Shown piece after piece: positions 19,657 through 29,891 of a stretch of DNA of 64,000 bases (positions are counted from its first letter, which is position 1; the number at the start of each line of letters is the position of its first letter). The notes beneath the pieces were generated by a model. It searched no databases. It saw only the letters and a program-made list of their open reading frames with translations, and was not told where the DNA came from. Source of the DNA: an uncultured bacterium (lineage in GTDB: Bacteria; Patescibacteriota; Microgenomatia; Levybacterales; UBA12049); assembly GCA_963826535.1 (NCBI GenBank), contig CAWGXL010000002.1, positions 96,654 through 160,653 on the forward strand. The letters are read 5' to 3'. The position numbers and the translations under genes were made by a program.

Positions 19657-20514
19657 TTATCCAATATCCTGAAGAAAATCCCGAACTGTTTTTATATATT
19701 TTTCTCTTTCGGTCCAGTGTGCCATATGAGCACTCTTTTCAAAAACTTCCATCTTGGCATTGGGAATTAGACTTTGAAAGTATTTCGTTGATTCGGGTGA
19801 TGCTTCATCAAAACGCCCGCACATTAGAAGAACCGGAACATTTATTTTGTGCAGCTTATTGCTCAAATCAAAATTTTTAAGAGTCCCAATTGGGTTGAAT
19901 TCTTTAGGCCCCCACATATATGTATAAAGTTCAACATTCTTTTTATGTCTAGCTTTTAAGTTTCCTGTAGGGAGCTTATCAATTCTAGAAATATGCCGAT
20001 AAAAAAACTCATCCGAAGCTTTTTTGTATTCTTCTGACTTATCGTCACCTCTTTTAAGAGCTATCTGCATGGCTTTTGGAAATTGATTTAGAAGTTTTTC
20101 TACATCCTTCTCCCATTGAGGCGTACTGAGATATGGACTGGAAAGAGTAAGGCTTTTTATGCCTTTAGGGTTAGTAAGAGCAAATGTAACTCCAAGCGCA
20201 GCACCCCATGATTGTCCAAGTATGTGATATTGCTTTAGACCAAGTTTTTTAACAACTGTTTGAAGTTCACTGACGAAATAGTCAACTGTCCATTGGGATT
20301 TGTCTGTTGTCCTTTCTGAATTTCCGCACCCAAGCTGGTCATAAAAGATTATATTGCGTTCATCTGCAAGATCTTCTAATGACTCTATTGAATCATGAGG
20401 AAAGCCGGGTCCGCCGTGGAGAGTTAGAAGGGGAATTGAATTAGAATCACCAATTATTTCATACCAGACTTTACCCTTATCTGTAATAATGAAGCCTTCA
20501 TTCCTTCTTTTCAT
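19657..20514 (-). CDS. Proline iminopeptidase-family alpha/beta hydrolase
   Basis: LHGGPG, YDQLGCGNS, GQSWG, GRFDE, SAHMAH. Confidence 0.9.
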   Translation of the reverse strand: MKRRNEGFIITDKGKVWYEIIGDSNSIPLLTLHGGPGFPHDSIESLEDLADERNIIFYDQLGCGNSERTTDKSQWTVDYFVSELQTVVKKLGLKQYHILGQSWGAALGVTFALTNPKGIKSLTLSSPYLSTPQWEKDVEKLLNQFPKAMQIALKRGDDKSEEYKKASDEFFYRHISRIDKLPTGNLKARHKKNVELYTYMWGPKEFNPIGTLKNFDLSNKLHKINVPVLLMCGRFDEASPESTKYFQSLIPNAKMEVFEKSAHMAHWTEREKYIKTVRDFLQDIG

Positions 20515-20566
20515 GAGGTAATTATATCAGAAGACCTGTTGTTTTAATTGATTTTCTAAAAACAGT

Positions 20567-21397
20567 TTACTGACCATCTTTTTGTCGAGCAGCATTAAAT
20601 CTATCAATTTGACTATTAATGCTCCTTGCTTGTGAATTAGAACCATCATAAAGAGACCGCATAATATCAGATCCTAGTTTTTGAATTGCAATGTCTCTTT
20701 CGCTAGCCTGATTATCAAATGCTTTCACTGCATCACTATTACCACCAATTGCTTGCTGGGCTAATGATTTTATATTTACATCCTCAACAAAGCTAAGTAG
20801 CTCTGTGGCAACATCACTTCGTGGTGAATTACCCGTTCCGGCTCTTATAGCAGCTTTTGCTTCTTCCATATCTAAATTTTCTTCTGCCATCGCCCTAATA
20901 TTCGGGTTTGCAATTAAATTTACAGCCTCTTCGCGAGCAGTTGCTTCTTTATTATTGTGGTTATGTGCATCTATGAATGTGTAAAAATTATTACTAGCAT
21001 ATCTGGTTGTTTCTGCCAAACGACTATCTATGTAATCATTGGTTCGTCGACTAATAAGTGGGCTACCGATCTTGTTTGCGAGATTACGTGCTTTTGCCAC
21101 ATCTTGCTTCTCGGTCTTCGTTACTATTACATCTTGGACGATATAACCTGCATCTAAGCCTTTATCTTTGAGCGCTCCAGTCGAACCATTTAGCACTTGA
21201 TTTGTCGAAAGCTCTTTTGAGGTTGGATCAAAGAGGGTGGTGGGTTCTGTTACTGTACATGAAGCGTTTTTGGCTTCAGCGGATGTTTCTTGTCCATTCT
21301 CGCATCCGGAAAGAAAACCTACACCAATACCCGTTGTTAACGCAACGACGGCAAGCCTTTTTCCTAAATATCTTTTTGCTTCAATTGACCCCGACAT
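20567..21397 (-). CDS. Hypothetical lipoprotein
   Basis: Lipobox-like FLSGC after a hydrophobic stretch. Confidence 0.6.
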   Translation of the reverse strand: MSGSIEAKRYLGKRLAVVALTTGIGVGFLSGCENGQETSAEAKNASCTVTEPTTLFDPTSKELSTNQVLNGSTGALKDKGLDAGYIVQDVIVTKTEKQDVAKARNLANKIGSPLISRRTNDYIDSRLAETTRYASNNFYTFIDAHNHNNKEATAREEAVNLIANPNIRAMAEENLDMEEAKAAIRAGTGNSPRSDVATELLSFVEDVNIKSLAQQAIGGNSDAVKAFDNQASERDIAIQKLGSDIMRSLYDGSNSQARSINSQIDRFNAARQKDGQ

Positions 21398-21620
21398 AGA
21401 TTTGCATTATATTACAACTATAGGTCATTTGTCAAACGTTTTCACTGAAATAATTAGGTTTTGGCAATAATAATAATCATTAATCTTTTCGTTCTCACGC
21501 TTGCTCGCCTTGGGAGGGAATGCGGGTGACACCATGAATTAGGTAGTACGTTGTGGTGAATCCAATAGGCACAAATAAATTCCCTTTAGCAACTTCTGAA
21601 AGATTCCTTTTTTTCTCTAT

Positions 21621-21655
21621 TGCTCCGCCTTATAGACAATTTCAGAAACTTCTAT
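21621..21655 (+). repeat. Cassette-boundary repeat type A (putative att scar)
   Basis: tg ctc cgc ctt ata gac aat ttc aga aac ttc tat (LRLIDNFRNFY), abutting the stop of 21655..22563. Confidence 0.75.
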
Positions 21656-22563
21656 CAAGCTAATTGAGCTGCAATATATTCCTTTAACTGCTTTAAAAGT
21701 AAATCAATATTAGAAGAATCATTTCTTTCAATGGATTCGTAGAGATTTGTTACCGGTAAATCTCCTGCATAGAATTTCCGTCTTTTATCAAAATATTCAT
21801 CAACTTCTAAATAGTTTTTATAAACAGTTTTTAAGAAAATCTCACCATATCTATCAAAAAACTTAAAGTCATTAGCTGGATCTGCTATGCGTAATGAGAA
21901 ATCAATAATCCCGTTCATCTTGTGTGTCACCGGATCAATAATTATATGTTCAGGAAGCATATCAGAATGCGTAACCCTCATTTCAAATGGATGGTCTTTA
22001 GTTAAGATGTAAAAGTCCTTTACTGATTGTTCAATCCATTTTTGTTCCTGGACTGATAAAAGTGAAAAAAAAGATTCTCTGTCCTTTTCTAAAAATTCCT
22101 TAAAGTATTCCCCATAATCTTGAGGACTCACAAGCGATTCAATACCCATTTTTAGTGCATCTTCTTTCGAAAACGAATGGAGGCTTGAAAGAAAATTCCC
22201 CATGTCTATCGCTATATTAACTAACTCCTGTTCTGTCAAAGAAGAAGCCATTTTTCTTGAAAGTCTAATTCCGGGAATGAATTCATAAGTTTGATAATTT
22301 ATCCCGGACTCATTATCGAAATGACCAGTAATTTGTTGAATTGCTACAGGTGAGATCTGAGCAAATTTTATTAGTAAAGCGTTTTCAACACGGTCACTCT
22401 CTCCAAGTGCTTCCGTCCGCGGAAATCGAAATGCATGAAGATTATCTACCAATAAAACATAGTGATCATATCCATCATCAAATAATTTAATTTTATCAGA
22501 AGTGATATCCGGGTAATGTTTTACAAGGATAGGTAAATATTTTTCTATTACATCAATTACCAT
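21655..22563 (-). CDS. Aminoglycoside phosphotransferase (APH)-family kinase
   Basis: FRFPR, HSDMLPEHII, GIIDF, DPANDF. Confidence 0.85.
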   Translation of the reverse strand: MVIDVIEKYLPILVKHYPDITSDKIKLFDDGYDHYVLLVDNLHAFRFPRTEALGESDRVENALLIKFAQISPVAIQQITGHFDNESGINYQTYEFIPGIRLSRKMASSLTEQELVNIAIDMGNFLSSLHSFSKEDALKMGIESLVSPQDYGEYFKEFLEKDRESFFSLLSVQEQKWIEQSVKDFYILTKDHPFEMRVTHSDMLPEHIIIDPVTHKMNGIIDFSLRIADPANDFKFFDRYGEIFLKTVYKNYLEVDEYFDKRRKFYAGDLPVTNLYESIERNDSSNIDLLLKQLKEYIAAQLA

Positions 22564-22590
22564 ATTTGAATTATATCAAAATGTCTAAAA

Positions 22591-22646
22591 TCCGAAGAAA
22601 ACCATATAAATTTCTCTTCCTGTTCGATGAGGTTAAAATTATTCTT
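22591..22646 (+). repeat. TCCGAAGAAA motif followed by a degenerate type A boundary repeat
   Basis: tccgaagaaaaccatataaa then ctc ttc ctg ttc gat gag gtt aaa att, overlapping the VOC stop. Confidence 0.5.
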
Positions 22647-23025
22647 TTTTGGAGCGTGCTACATGTTGGTCAACAAGAACCGGATTTCCATCGGGATCAA
22701 CAATTATGAAACTTGCCGGTCCGGTGCCATCTTTTGCTTCTTGTTCAAATTTAACATCTGATACTTTTAATTTTTTTTGAATATCCCGGATGTCAGTAAA
22801 ATTTTTCAATTCCTTACCGTTCTGATCCCACCCTGGATTGAAAGTTAAAGTATTCTTCTCAATTATTCCTTGAAACAAGCCAATATTTGCGTCTCCGTTT
22901 TTCAAAATAGCCCAGCCCTGTTTTTCATTGCCTTGAATCATAGTAAATCCAAGATTTTCGTAAAAAACCTTAGAAGCGCCTATGTCTTTTACGTTCAAAC
23001 TAATAGAAAAATTTCCTATTTGCAT
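22639..23025 (-). CDS. VOC/glyoxalase family protein
   Basis: FSISLNVKDIGASKVFYENLGF, IGLFQG, DPDGNPVLVDQH. Confidence 0.9.
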   Translation of the reverse strand: MQIGNFSISLNVKDIGASKVFYENLGFTMIQGNEKQGWAILKNGDANIGLFQGIIEKNTLTFNPGWDQNGKELKNFTDIRDIQKKLKVSDVKFEQEAKDGTGPASFIIVDPDGNPVLVDQHVARSKKE

Positions 23026-23144
23026 ATTTTTATCCAAAGATATTTATGATTGGCTTATATAGAAAGAGTATACAATATACCCCTTCACAAGAAAAGTATA
23101 GAAACTTTATGCCACGAGATAGATGCTATTCGAATGCGTTTTAC

Positions 23145-23636
23145 CTACTTATCTTTTAATTTTGCAATTCTAACTCGTGTTCTTTGCTGCAATTGCTGCA
23201 ATGCATCCTCAGGCTTACTACCAGCCACAGTGAATAAAGTTATCACTTCTTCATTATTATGCAGCGCTACTCCCAATCCCAAAACAATCGAAGGCTCACC
23301 TTGTATAGCAGAACGAAGTTCTAAAGCTTGAACTATATTTGGATTCGTTGGTAATGACTTTGTTAGTTTATTTAGCCGATCTGTCATTTTTAAGTTTAAA
23401 ATCTTTTGATAGAGTTTATCTGCAGCAGAAGGAACCTCAGAGACAATGGCAAATCCACTTTCTTGTTTAGGATTTATAAATGGAAATATGCCGACAAAAG
23501 TCTTGTAATGGGTGGGGACATCTAACGGACCTTGAAAAGTAAATGAGCTTACTCTTCTTTCAGTTATTCCAACTTGCACAAATTCTGATACCTTGTTCCA
23601 GGGCTCTCTTGGATCGATCTCACTCTCAATTGGCAT
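23145..23636 (-). CDS. Hypothetical protein
   Basis: 163-aa ORF with TGTATAAT 8 nt upstream of the ATG. Confidence 0.65.
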   Translation of the reverse strand: MPIESEIDPREPWNKVSEFVQVGITERRVSSFTFQGPLDVPTHYKTFVGIFPFINPKQESGFAIVSEVPSAADKLYQKILNLKMTDRLNKLTKSLPTNPNIVQALELRSAIQGEPSIVLGLGVALHNNEEVITLFTVAGSKPEDALQQLQQRTRVRIAKLKDK

Positions 23637-23699
23637 AGAAGTGAATTATACAAATTTAGCTTTAAATGTCAAATTGACGCCGGATTTCCAGCACCCCCT

Positions 23700-23846
23700 T
23701 AGTGGCAAATCTCTAACTCTAAACGGGGATGGGGCCTATCCAACATTAACCCTAATGACCACATCCATCCATCATTTAAAGGCACAGATTTTATAAGCCG
23801 GGAAATTGCAAACTTTATTTACGAGAATCAAATTCTACCGAGGTGA
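23700..23846 (+). pseudogene. C-terminal remnant of an SGNH/GDSL hydrolase
   Basis: My translation gives NINPNDHIHPSFKGTDFISREIANFIYENQILPR* (DxxHP block V), with no N-terminus. Confidence 0.45.
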
Positions 23847-23866
23847 AACCAACGCATATATAATAT

Positions 23867-24286
23867 TTATTTGTGTTTCTCTTTCATACGTTTAAACGAT
23901 TTTTCGATTAGCTTTGCAAGTACTGTTTGGTTTACATCAGAAAGCCGGTTGATATGTAAACACCCTCCGCTTGCCTTGTGTTTACCCAATCCTTTCAACT
24001 CTTCTCGATTGTCTTTATTACCTTCCAGGATATAAAGTGTTATGTTTTGTTTCCGTGGAGAAAAAGCTATTAAAGGCCAGTCTCCTTCCTGCTTACTTCT
24101 TTCTGACTTATAGTGGAATAATCCAAAACCAACGATACTTGTTCCCCACATGACAGCTTTTTCTCCGGTAATTTTTTCCATCATCGCAAGAATTTCAAAA
24201 CTGTTACTCCGTTTTTCATCCGGTTCAACGGTATTTAAAAATTCCGTTACGCTTTGACTTGTAGCTTTTGTTTTTAATTCTGACAT
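23867..24286 (-). CDS. DUF1801 protein
   Basis: ELKTKAT, MWGTSIVGFG, FSPRKQNITLY, LGKHKASGGCLHI. Confidence 0.88.
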   Translation of the reverse strand: MSELKTKATSQSVTEFLNTVEPDEKRSNSFEILAMMEKITGEKAVMWGTSIVGFGLFHYKSERSKQEGDWPLIAFSPRKQNITLYILEGNKDNREELKGLGKHKASGGCLHINRLSDVNQTVLAKLIEKSFKRMKEKHK

Positions 24287-24311
24287 AGCCCAATTTTACC
24301 TGAGATACTTA

Positions 24312-24698
24312 CTATTTTTTCTTCATCCCAAACTTACCGCCATACCAAACAGCGAGTGCGGAAGTTATGACAAGGGATATTGGATACCAGTGTTGTGAAA
24401 GATTCCATCCTGCAATTACTCCAAGAAGCCCCATTACTGTTCCAATGATCAGTAAAATTTTTACATGACGCTTAGGTTTCGCGGGAGCTAATTTAGCTGT
24501 AACATATCCACCAAGAAATGCATATACAGTTCGGTAAATAAGAGCAATAAGTAATAGTGTTGGATCAAATAGCCCTTTAGAAGGCGGTGGGAAAAAGCCT
24601 ACTGCTTCAAGTATTGCATCGGTTGCAATAGATAAAATCACAACCGTCAGAATTCCTGCCAGAACAGCCCAAATACTTTTTAGTACATTTTTATTCAT
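24312..24698 (-). CDS. Four-TM membrane protein
   Basis: Hydrophobic ORF with SIWAVLAG and GGYVTAKLAP. Confidence 0.75.
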   Translation of the reverse strand: MNKNVLKSIWAVLAGILTVVILSIATDAILEAVGFFPPPSKGLFDPTLLLIALIYRTVYAFLGGYVTAKLAPAKPKRHVKILLIIGTVMGLLGVIAGWNLSQHWYPISLVITSALAVWYGGKFGMKKK

Positions 24699-24727
24699 AG
24701 CAACCTAATAATATCACCTGCATGATA

Positions 24728-25087
24728 TTAGACTTTTTTTGCGTAATTTGACATCCCGGTAATATCAATTGTTACCATAGGTTCATTTCCTACAACCCAT
24801 GCATTATGCCCCGGTTGAACAACACCGAAATCTCCTGGCCCGAACTCCTCCTCTGTTCCGTCATCCATTCTAACATGCAATCTTCCGGATATATGGTAGC
24901 CGGTATGCAATTGTTGACAGCTTTCCGTTTTCACAATTGGTTTAACGCATTCTGACCATTTCCATCCGGGTTCAAATGTCGCCCTACCAAATGTAACACC
25001 TTCAAGATTTACCAATTCAACCTTCCCTTTTGGAAAAGTCCGTGTCTCATCAGGATTATTTATACTTTTTTTCTGAATTTTTCCCAT
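24728..25087 (-). CDS. Cupin-domain protein
   Basis: FEPGWKWSECVKP, HTGYHISGRLHV, PGHNAWVVG. Confidence 0.9.
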   Translation of the reverse strand: MGKIQKKSINNPDETRTFPKGKVELVNLEGVTFGRATFEPGWKWSECVKPIVKTESCQQLHTGYHISGRLHVRMDDGTEEEFGPGDFGVVQPGHNAWVVGNEPMVTIDITGMSNYAKKV

Positions 25088-25332
25088 ATTTTCTCACCCC
25101 CTTCCGAATAAGATTATACAACTTTTATAGATTTTATTAGTATAGTATATGTCTCCGAAGAAATCCATAGAAAACGGCATGAAAATTGTAGGAAAATTTA
25201 TAGCGTTTCAATTTGCGTATTATTATTTTGAAAACATCTTAATAATACCAACATATCTTTTTAACTTGCTCCTCCCTCTAACTTACAACTCCTCCAATTC
25301 AGCTTGACAACATTATTACACTTATTCTTATA

Positions 25333-26604
25333 ATGGATATACAACAGATGAAAAAAACTTCAGCATATCCTCACTATCTTATCTTGTTAGCTGGTTTAAC
25401 TTTTCTTGCATCTCTTTTCTGGTACTTAAAAATGTCATTTAGTGATACATTGATAATGTACAAGTTTGATTTACAAGTATATACTGTTGCTGCCCAAAAC
25501 GTCCTTTCCGGTGATAGCATTTATCAAACAGGTTTATTCTATTATGATCGCCTATTCTATTTTATCTACCCTCCCTTTGCTGCGCTTTTTTTCGTTCCCC
25601 TGGCAAACCTGTCATTGGAAGACAGTAAGTATATTTCAATACTGACAAATATAGCTGCACTTGTGTCTATAGCATGGATTTGTTGGGGGTTGCTTGAACA
25701 TTCGTGGGGAAGGAAGAGGTTAGTACTCACCTTATTTACTTCCGCACTATTATTATGGACAGAACCTGTTCAGGGAACATTATATTATGGCCAAATTAAT
25801 CTTTTACTCATGTTGCTGGTCTTAGCAGGTTTTTCAATGCGGAGAAACTCGATTTGGCAAGGGATATTAATCGGCGTAGCTACAAGTATCAAGTTAACTC
25901 CTGTAATTTTCATTGCCTATCTTTTTTTAACTCAACGCGTACGTGCCGGTATTATTGCTATTGGCACTTGTATCCTCGCCATAATTATTGGTTTTCTGCT
26001 CTTGCCCGATGACTCGCTTCGTTATTGGAGTGAGTTGCGTTATGGAGCAGGCTTGGTGGATGTTGGTATAAAATCATCATCCCTCAATGGTGTCTTGTTA
26101 AGGTTAATCAATCATACTGGAACTGCTAATGTTATTTGGTACATTGCTGCATCGGCGGTTGGAATATTGGGTATGTACCTTGCTGTACATAATAGTAAAA
26201 GGGGGAATGAGCTATTAGGATTACTTCTTTGTGCAATTACCGGATTACTAATATCACCTTTTTCCTGGACTCATCATTGGATATGGATGATTCTATTTAT
26301 TCCTTTGTTGCTCCATATATCTCTTCAAAAAAGAAACAGCCTTGGTTGGGTGAGTATATTGGTGTTGTGTGTTGTACTCCTCTCTTTCCGTCCTGGATAC
26401 CACCCTTTCCTTGGCGCAATTAGTAACGCTCTCGTCAATAAAAACCTACTTCTCTTTCACTTGTTTGATGCTATTACTCAAAACCTCTATAGTTTGGTCG
26501 GCATGATCATTTTAGGTTGCTCGGCTTTTATCGTGCTTTTTCATAATCGTTATAAAACTGACCCCGATCTAACTAACAAAATCATTGAGGACTCCCCGAT
26601 TTGA
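25333..26604 (+). CDS. GT87 (DUF2029) membrane glycosyltransferase, alpha-1,2-mannosyltransferase-like
   Basis: DLQVY, FIYPPFAALFF, GQINLLL, IKLTP, SPFSWTHHW. Confidence 0.88.
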   Translation: MDIQQMKKTSAYPHYLILLAGLTFLASLFWYLKMSFSDTLIMYKFDLQVYTVAAQNVLSGDSIYQTGLFYYDRLFYFIYPPFAALFFVPLANLSLEDSKYISILTNIAALVSIAWICWGLLEHSWGRKRLVLTLFTSALLLWTEPVQGTLYYGQINLLLMLLVLAGFSMRRNSIWQGILIGVATSIKLTPVIFIAYLFLTQRVRAGIIAIGTCILAIIIGFLLLPDDSLRYWSELRYGAGLVDVGIKSSSLNGVLLRLINHTGTANVIWYIAASAVGILGMYLAVHNSKRGNELLGLLLCAITGLLISPFSWTHHWIWMILFIPLLLHISLQKRNSLGWVSILVLCVVLLSFRPGYHPFLGAISNALVNKNLLLFHLFDAITQNLYSLVGMIILGCSAFIVLFHNRYKTDPDLTNKIIEDSPI

Positions 26605-26722
26605 TTATAAATTAGGGATTTACCTATTCAACAGCTGTTTTGTATCTGAAATCTTATGAGTAAACGATATAAATAATAGTTTTGGTATTGTTAAAAAGGG
26701 GACATGCTTAGTTAGAAAATAA

Positions 26723-28801
26723 ATGAGAAATAACCTAGAACAAATAAAAACCTTCGTTAAAGCTTACAGGCGGATAATCATAATTGCTGCTCTCCTAATT
26801 TTTTCTCTAATCAACCCTCTCGTTTTTAATTACTACTATGGTAATCATGAAAAACTCTCTGAAACCTCTTATATCCTCCAGGATACTAAAAAATACGGTC
26901 CTGAATATTACGTTCATGCCCGTTTCCTTTATGAGGGCTATAAAAATCTTAAACTTGGCCGGTTTAATACACTATCTATAATTGATGAGAGTAATCCACT
27001 CTTTTCCTTTCCGCATTTTCAATTTTATAACATAGGACCCTCATTTATCCTCGCTGTTGCTAATTTCTATTTTCAGGATCCTATCAATAGCTATATCTTT
27101 GGAATTTGGTTAGCAACTTTTTTGTACGCTACAGGCGTCTATCTCCTCACTAAGAAACTAACCCGCTCTACCCAAACCAGTCTTCTACTTTCTTTTATTT
27201 TTATTACGAGCCCTTACTATATTACTATTTTTTTAAGTAGAAGTGCCTTTTCCGAATACATTGCTATCTCACTTATTCCAATTATTATATTGCAAATTTA
27301 TCACTTCTTGCAAACTTGCAAGGAACGGAACCCTAAATCTTTTTGGTTAAAATATTTATTCCTTTCAAGCCTACTAGTTATAAGTTCTACCATTTTTCTT
27401 CTTACTCATAATATAACCACCTTATTTTTCATAATAATTCTTGGGACTCCTGCTCTTATTCTCCTGGGTACAAAAGTAAAACCGGATGTTAAATCACTTT
27501 TATTGTTTATACCACCATCAGTTCTCATTCTTAGTAATATTTTATTTTATTGGATTCCCGTAATCACTTATGGTAACAAAACTAATATCAGTTCTACTTA
27601 TTCTCTACTACAAACCGGTCTACAGTGGAGTCCCTGGAATGTAGTTCTAGCCATTTTCCCAACCTCATCTCCCGGAGCAGTTAATACCGAGCTTTATTTA
27701 CAAATTGGCCTACCGACCCTATTACTATTTATCCTCTTTTTTAATTGGAGAAAAGCTTACATTCACCTACTAATTATATTGAGCTTTATTCTGGTTTGTT
27801 TCAATGTTTGGTCATATATTCCTCCTCTTTTCCATACTGTACAGTTTTCTTTAAGATTGTTGGCTTTTATACCACTCCTTCTTTTATTTGCAGCTAAGAG
27901 GCTTGGCAAAATTTCCTTCTATCTCCTTCTTTTTTCAACAATTTTTACTGCAATATTATTTTATCAAAGAGACACATCTTTTTATTTTCCGGCTCAAAAA
28001 TCGTTTAGCACTTTCCCAACTATAAATGATTGGGGTTTTTACCAAAATAGCGATTATAATGTTGCGCTTAAACCTAGTATGGACATTAAGAAGAGCCGGA
28101 TAAATGTTCGTGGAGAAACGGTAAATAATAATCAGGTATTCATTTTGGATAAAGTTAAAAATTCACTAGCGGTTACTTTCGAAATTAGTTTGAAAACTGA
28201 ATCTAACAAATTTGATAGTATAATATTTATCGACAGCCGACGTGATGAAAAAGGTGAGAGTATAAATTCCGAGATTCCTTATTCTGAAGTAAATGGTAAA
28301 TTTATTTATACTACCTGTCTGACAAATACTAAAGATGCCGACTTTTTTATTGTAAACAAAGGACAAGCTAATATTGTTTTTTTACAGATAAATAAGTACA
28401 ATGATTCACAGAACTCGTATATCGACGGTTTGTATCCCTACACTTGCAACTATAAATATAATCCGGTCAATCACAATTTTGATTTCAAGTTCGATAGGAA
28501 AGGCGAACAAGTTATTCTCCCTATTTATTACTCAACAGACAACCGGATTACTTCGTCAAATGATAAAGATATTGCCCCTTTTGGCGGCCTCCTTTACGCG
28601 GGTCACTCCTATACCGTTTTAGATAAAGATAAACTTGAAAGTAACCATGTCACAGTCAGTTTATTAGCTAATAATAGATTTATTCCTTTGGCTAAAACCT
28701 CACTGATGCTAACTTTATCAATACTTATTATTAGTTTAGTATTATTAACCACCAAAAAATTAAGAGCTTCAAAGTTTATAAACAAACTTAATAAAAAATA
28801 A
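26723..28801 (+). CDS. Multi-TM GT-C-like membrane protein with extracellular C-terminal region
   Basis: YPxFxFY-like motif (FPHFQFY), SPYY...RSAFSE, LTHNIT, VQFSLRL. Confidence 0.6.
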   Translation: MRNNLEQIKTFVKAYRRIIIIAALLIFSLINPLVFNYYYGNHEKLSETSYILQDTKKYGPEYYVHARFLYEGYKNLKLGRFNTLSIIDESNPLFSFPHFQFYNIGPSFILAVANFYFQDPINSYIFGIWLATFLYATGVYLLTKKLTRSTQTSLLLSFIFITSPYYITIFLSRSAFSEYIAISLIPIIILQIYHFLQTCKERNPKSFWLKYLFLSSLLVISSTIFLLTHNITTLFFIIILGTPALILLGTKVKPDVKSLLLFIPPSVLILSNILFYWIPVITYGNKTNISSTYSLLQTGLQWSPWNVVLAIFPTSSPGAVNTELYLQIGLPTLLLFILFFNWRKAYIHLLIILSFILVCFNVWSYIPPLFHTVQFSLRLLAFIPLLLLFAAKRLGKISFYLLLFSTIFTAILFYQRDTSFYFPAQKSFSTFPTINDWGFYQNSDYNVALKPSMDIKKSRINVRGETVNNNQVFILDKVKNSLAVTFEISLKTESNKFDSIIFIDSRRDEKGESINSEIPYSEVNGKFIYTTCLTNTKDADFFIVNKGQANIVFLQINKYNDSQNSYIDGLYPYTCNYKYNPVNHNFDFKFDRKGEQVILPIYYSTDNRITSSNDKDIAPFGGLLYAGHSYTVLDKDKLESNHVTVSLLANNRFIPLAKTSLMLTLSILIISLVLLTTKKLRASKFINKLNKK

Positions 28802-28933
28802 TTCTTTCAAAATTATGATACTGACACTGAAAACTTTTCTAACCGGTTTAGTTTGCATATAAAGAAGTATTGCGGACTGAAAGATTTATGGTTCTTTTAT
28901 TGCTTTAATTATGGCAGGAATCTAAACTATATC

Positions 28934-28975
28934 TTGTTCCCCGAGGCTTGGATAAATATAACAAGATTACAAAAT
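28934..28975 (+). repeat. Cassette-boundary repeat type B, short copy
   Basis: ttgttccccgaggcttggataaatataac matches ttgctccgtgagccttggattaatataac at 36884. Confidence 0.65.
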
Positions 28976-29003
28976 GGAATACCTCAAAAAAATGTTCAGG
29001 ATG

Positions 29004-29429
29004 CTAATGTACTTTACTTAGATCTCGGTTAACAAATGTTACTCCAAAAGCAAGCAGTTCTTCTTTATGCGGCGCGCTTTCTTCAATTGGATTCCAGATA
29101 TAAATCGCCTTTTTTAAATAAAAGGCGAGACCGATTTCCATAAGAACATTTGCACCGATATAACCCTTAATGCCATTCTTTTCATTATTGATGACTAAAA
29201 TACTATCTCCTTTTGCGATTTCATTAAAATTAGTTAAGATGAATTCCCTTTTTTGTTCAGGACTATTAACATCTTTAAAATGGGAGACCTCAAAGTCGTT
29301 CTTCTTTTTCATTATCTGTGCGGATACAGGTATATTTACCTTGAATCCTTTTACAATTAGCTCTTTTTCAATCTCAACCAACTCATTATAAAATGCCATA
29401 CTGGCACAAAGAAAAATTGTCTTTTTCAT
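29004..29429 (-). CDS. Nucleoside 2-deoxyribosyltransferase-like protein
   Basis: IFLCASM, DSILVIN, GYIGANVLMEIGLAFYLKK. Confidence 0.65.
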   Translation of the reverse strand: MKKTIFLCASMAFYNELVEIEKELIVKGFKVNIPVSAQIMKKKNDFEVSHFKDVNSPEQKREFILTNFNEIAKGDSILVINNEKNGIKGYIGANVLMEIGLAFYLKKAIYIWNPIEESAPHKEELLAFGVTFVNRDLSKVH

Positions 29430-29517
29430 ATTTAGATTATATCAGAGGAATAGTCATGATAATCCTAAGAAATCGATTAAAAACCTCATGAATTATGTAG
29501 AAATATTTGGGAGTTAT

Positions 29518-29733
29518 CTAAATTGCTTTTAATTTTTTTGTAAATATCTTAATTATACCAATTAAAAGAAACAACGGCCCACATCCATGAAAAATCACAC
29601 TTGCTGCGTTTTCTAGTCCATAAGACCAGTGAATTAAATTAGCATTACTAAGATGAGCAAGCACGAAACCAAATAAAATAAAAGAGGCACCAAGTATTAA
29701 CCAAAATTTTACGGGCCACTTTTTGATATTCAT
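29518..29733 (-). CDS. Small two-TM membrane protein
   Basis: Two hydrophobic segments. Start is uncertain (29733 or 29793). Confidence 0.5.
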   Translation of the reverse strand: MNIKKWPVKFWLILGASFILFGFVLAHLSNANLIHWSYGLENAASVIFHGCGPLFLLIGIIKIFTKKLKAI

Positions 29734-29891
29734 AATCAGATCATAACAGAAAGTTCTTTTAGAAGTTTTTGTTATCTTTTGTTTATTACCCATTTCAATA
29801 AATATTTTTCATCAAGATTTTCCATTTGTACTTGATTGACTCACTCTGTATCGTCAACTGTTAATTAATTCGAATATGATATTATAATTTT

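Noticed and set aside
25266-25305. Additional boundary repeats at 25266 (ttgctcctccct) and 32741 (ttgctccaaaag)
   Set aside because: Only the 5-bp core matches and the downstream consensus is absent, so they could be chance matches.
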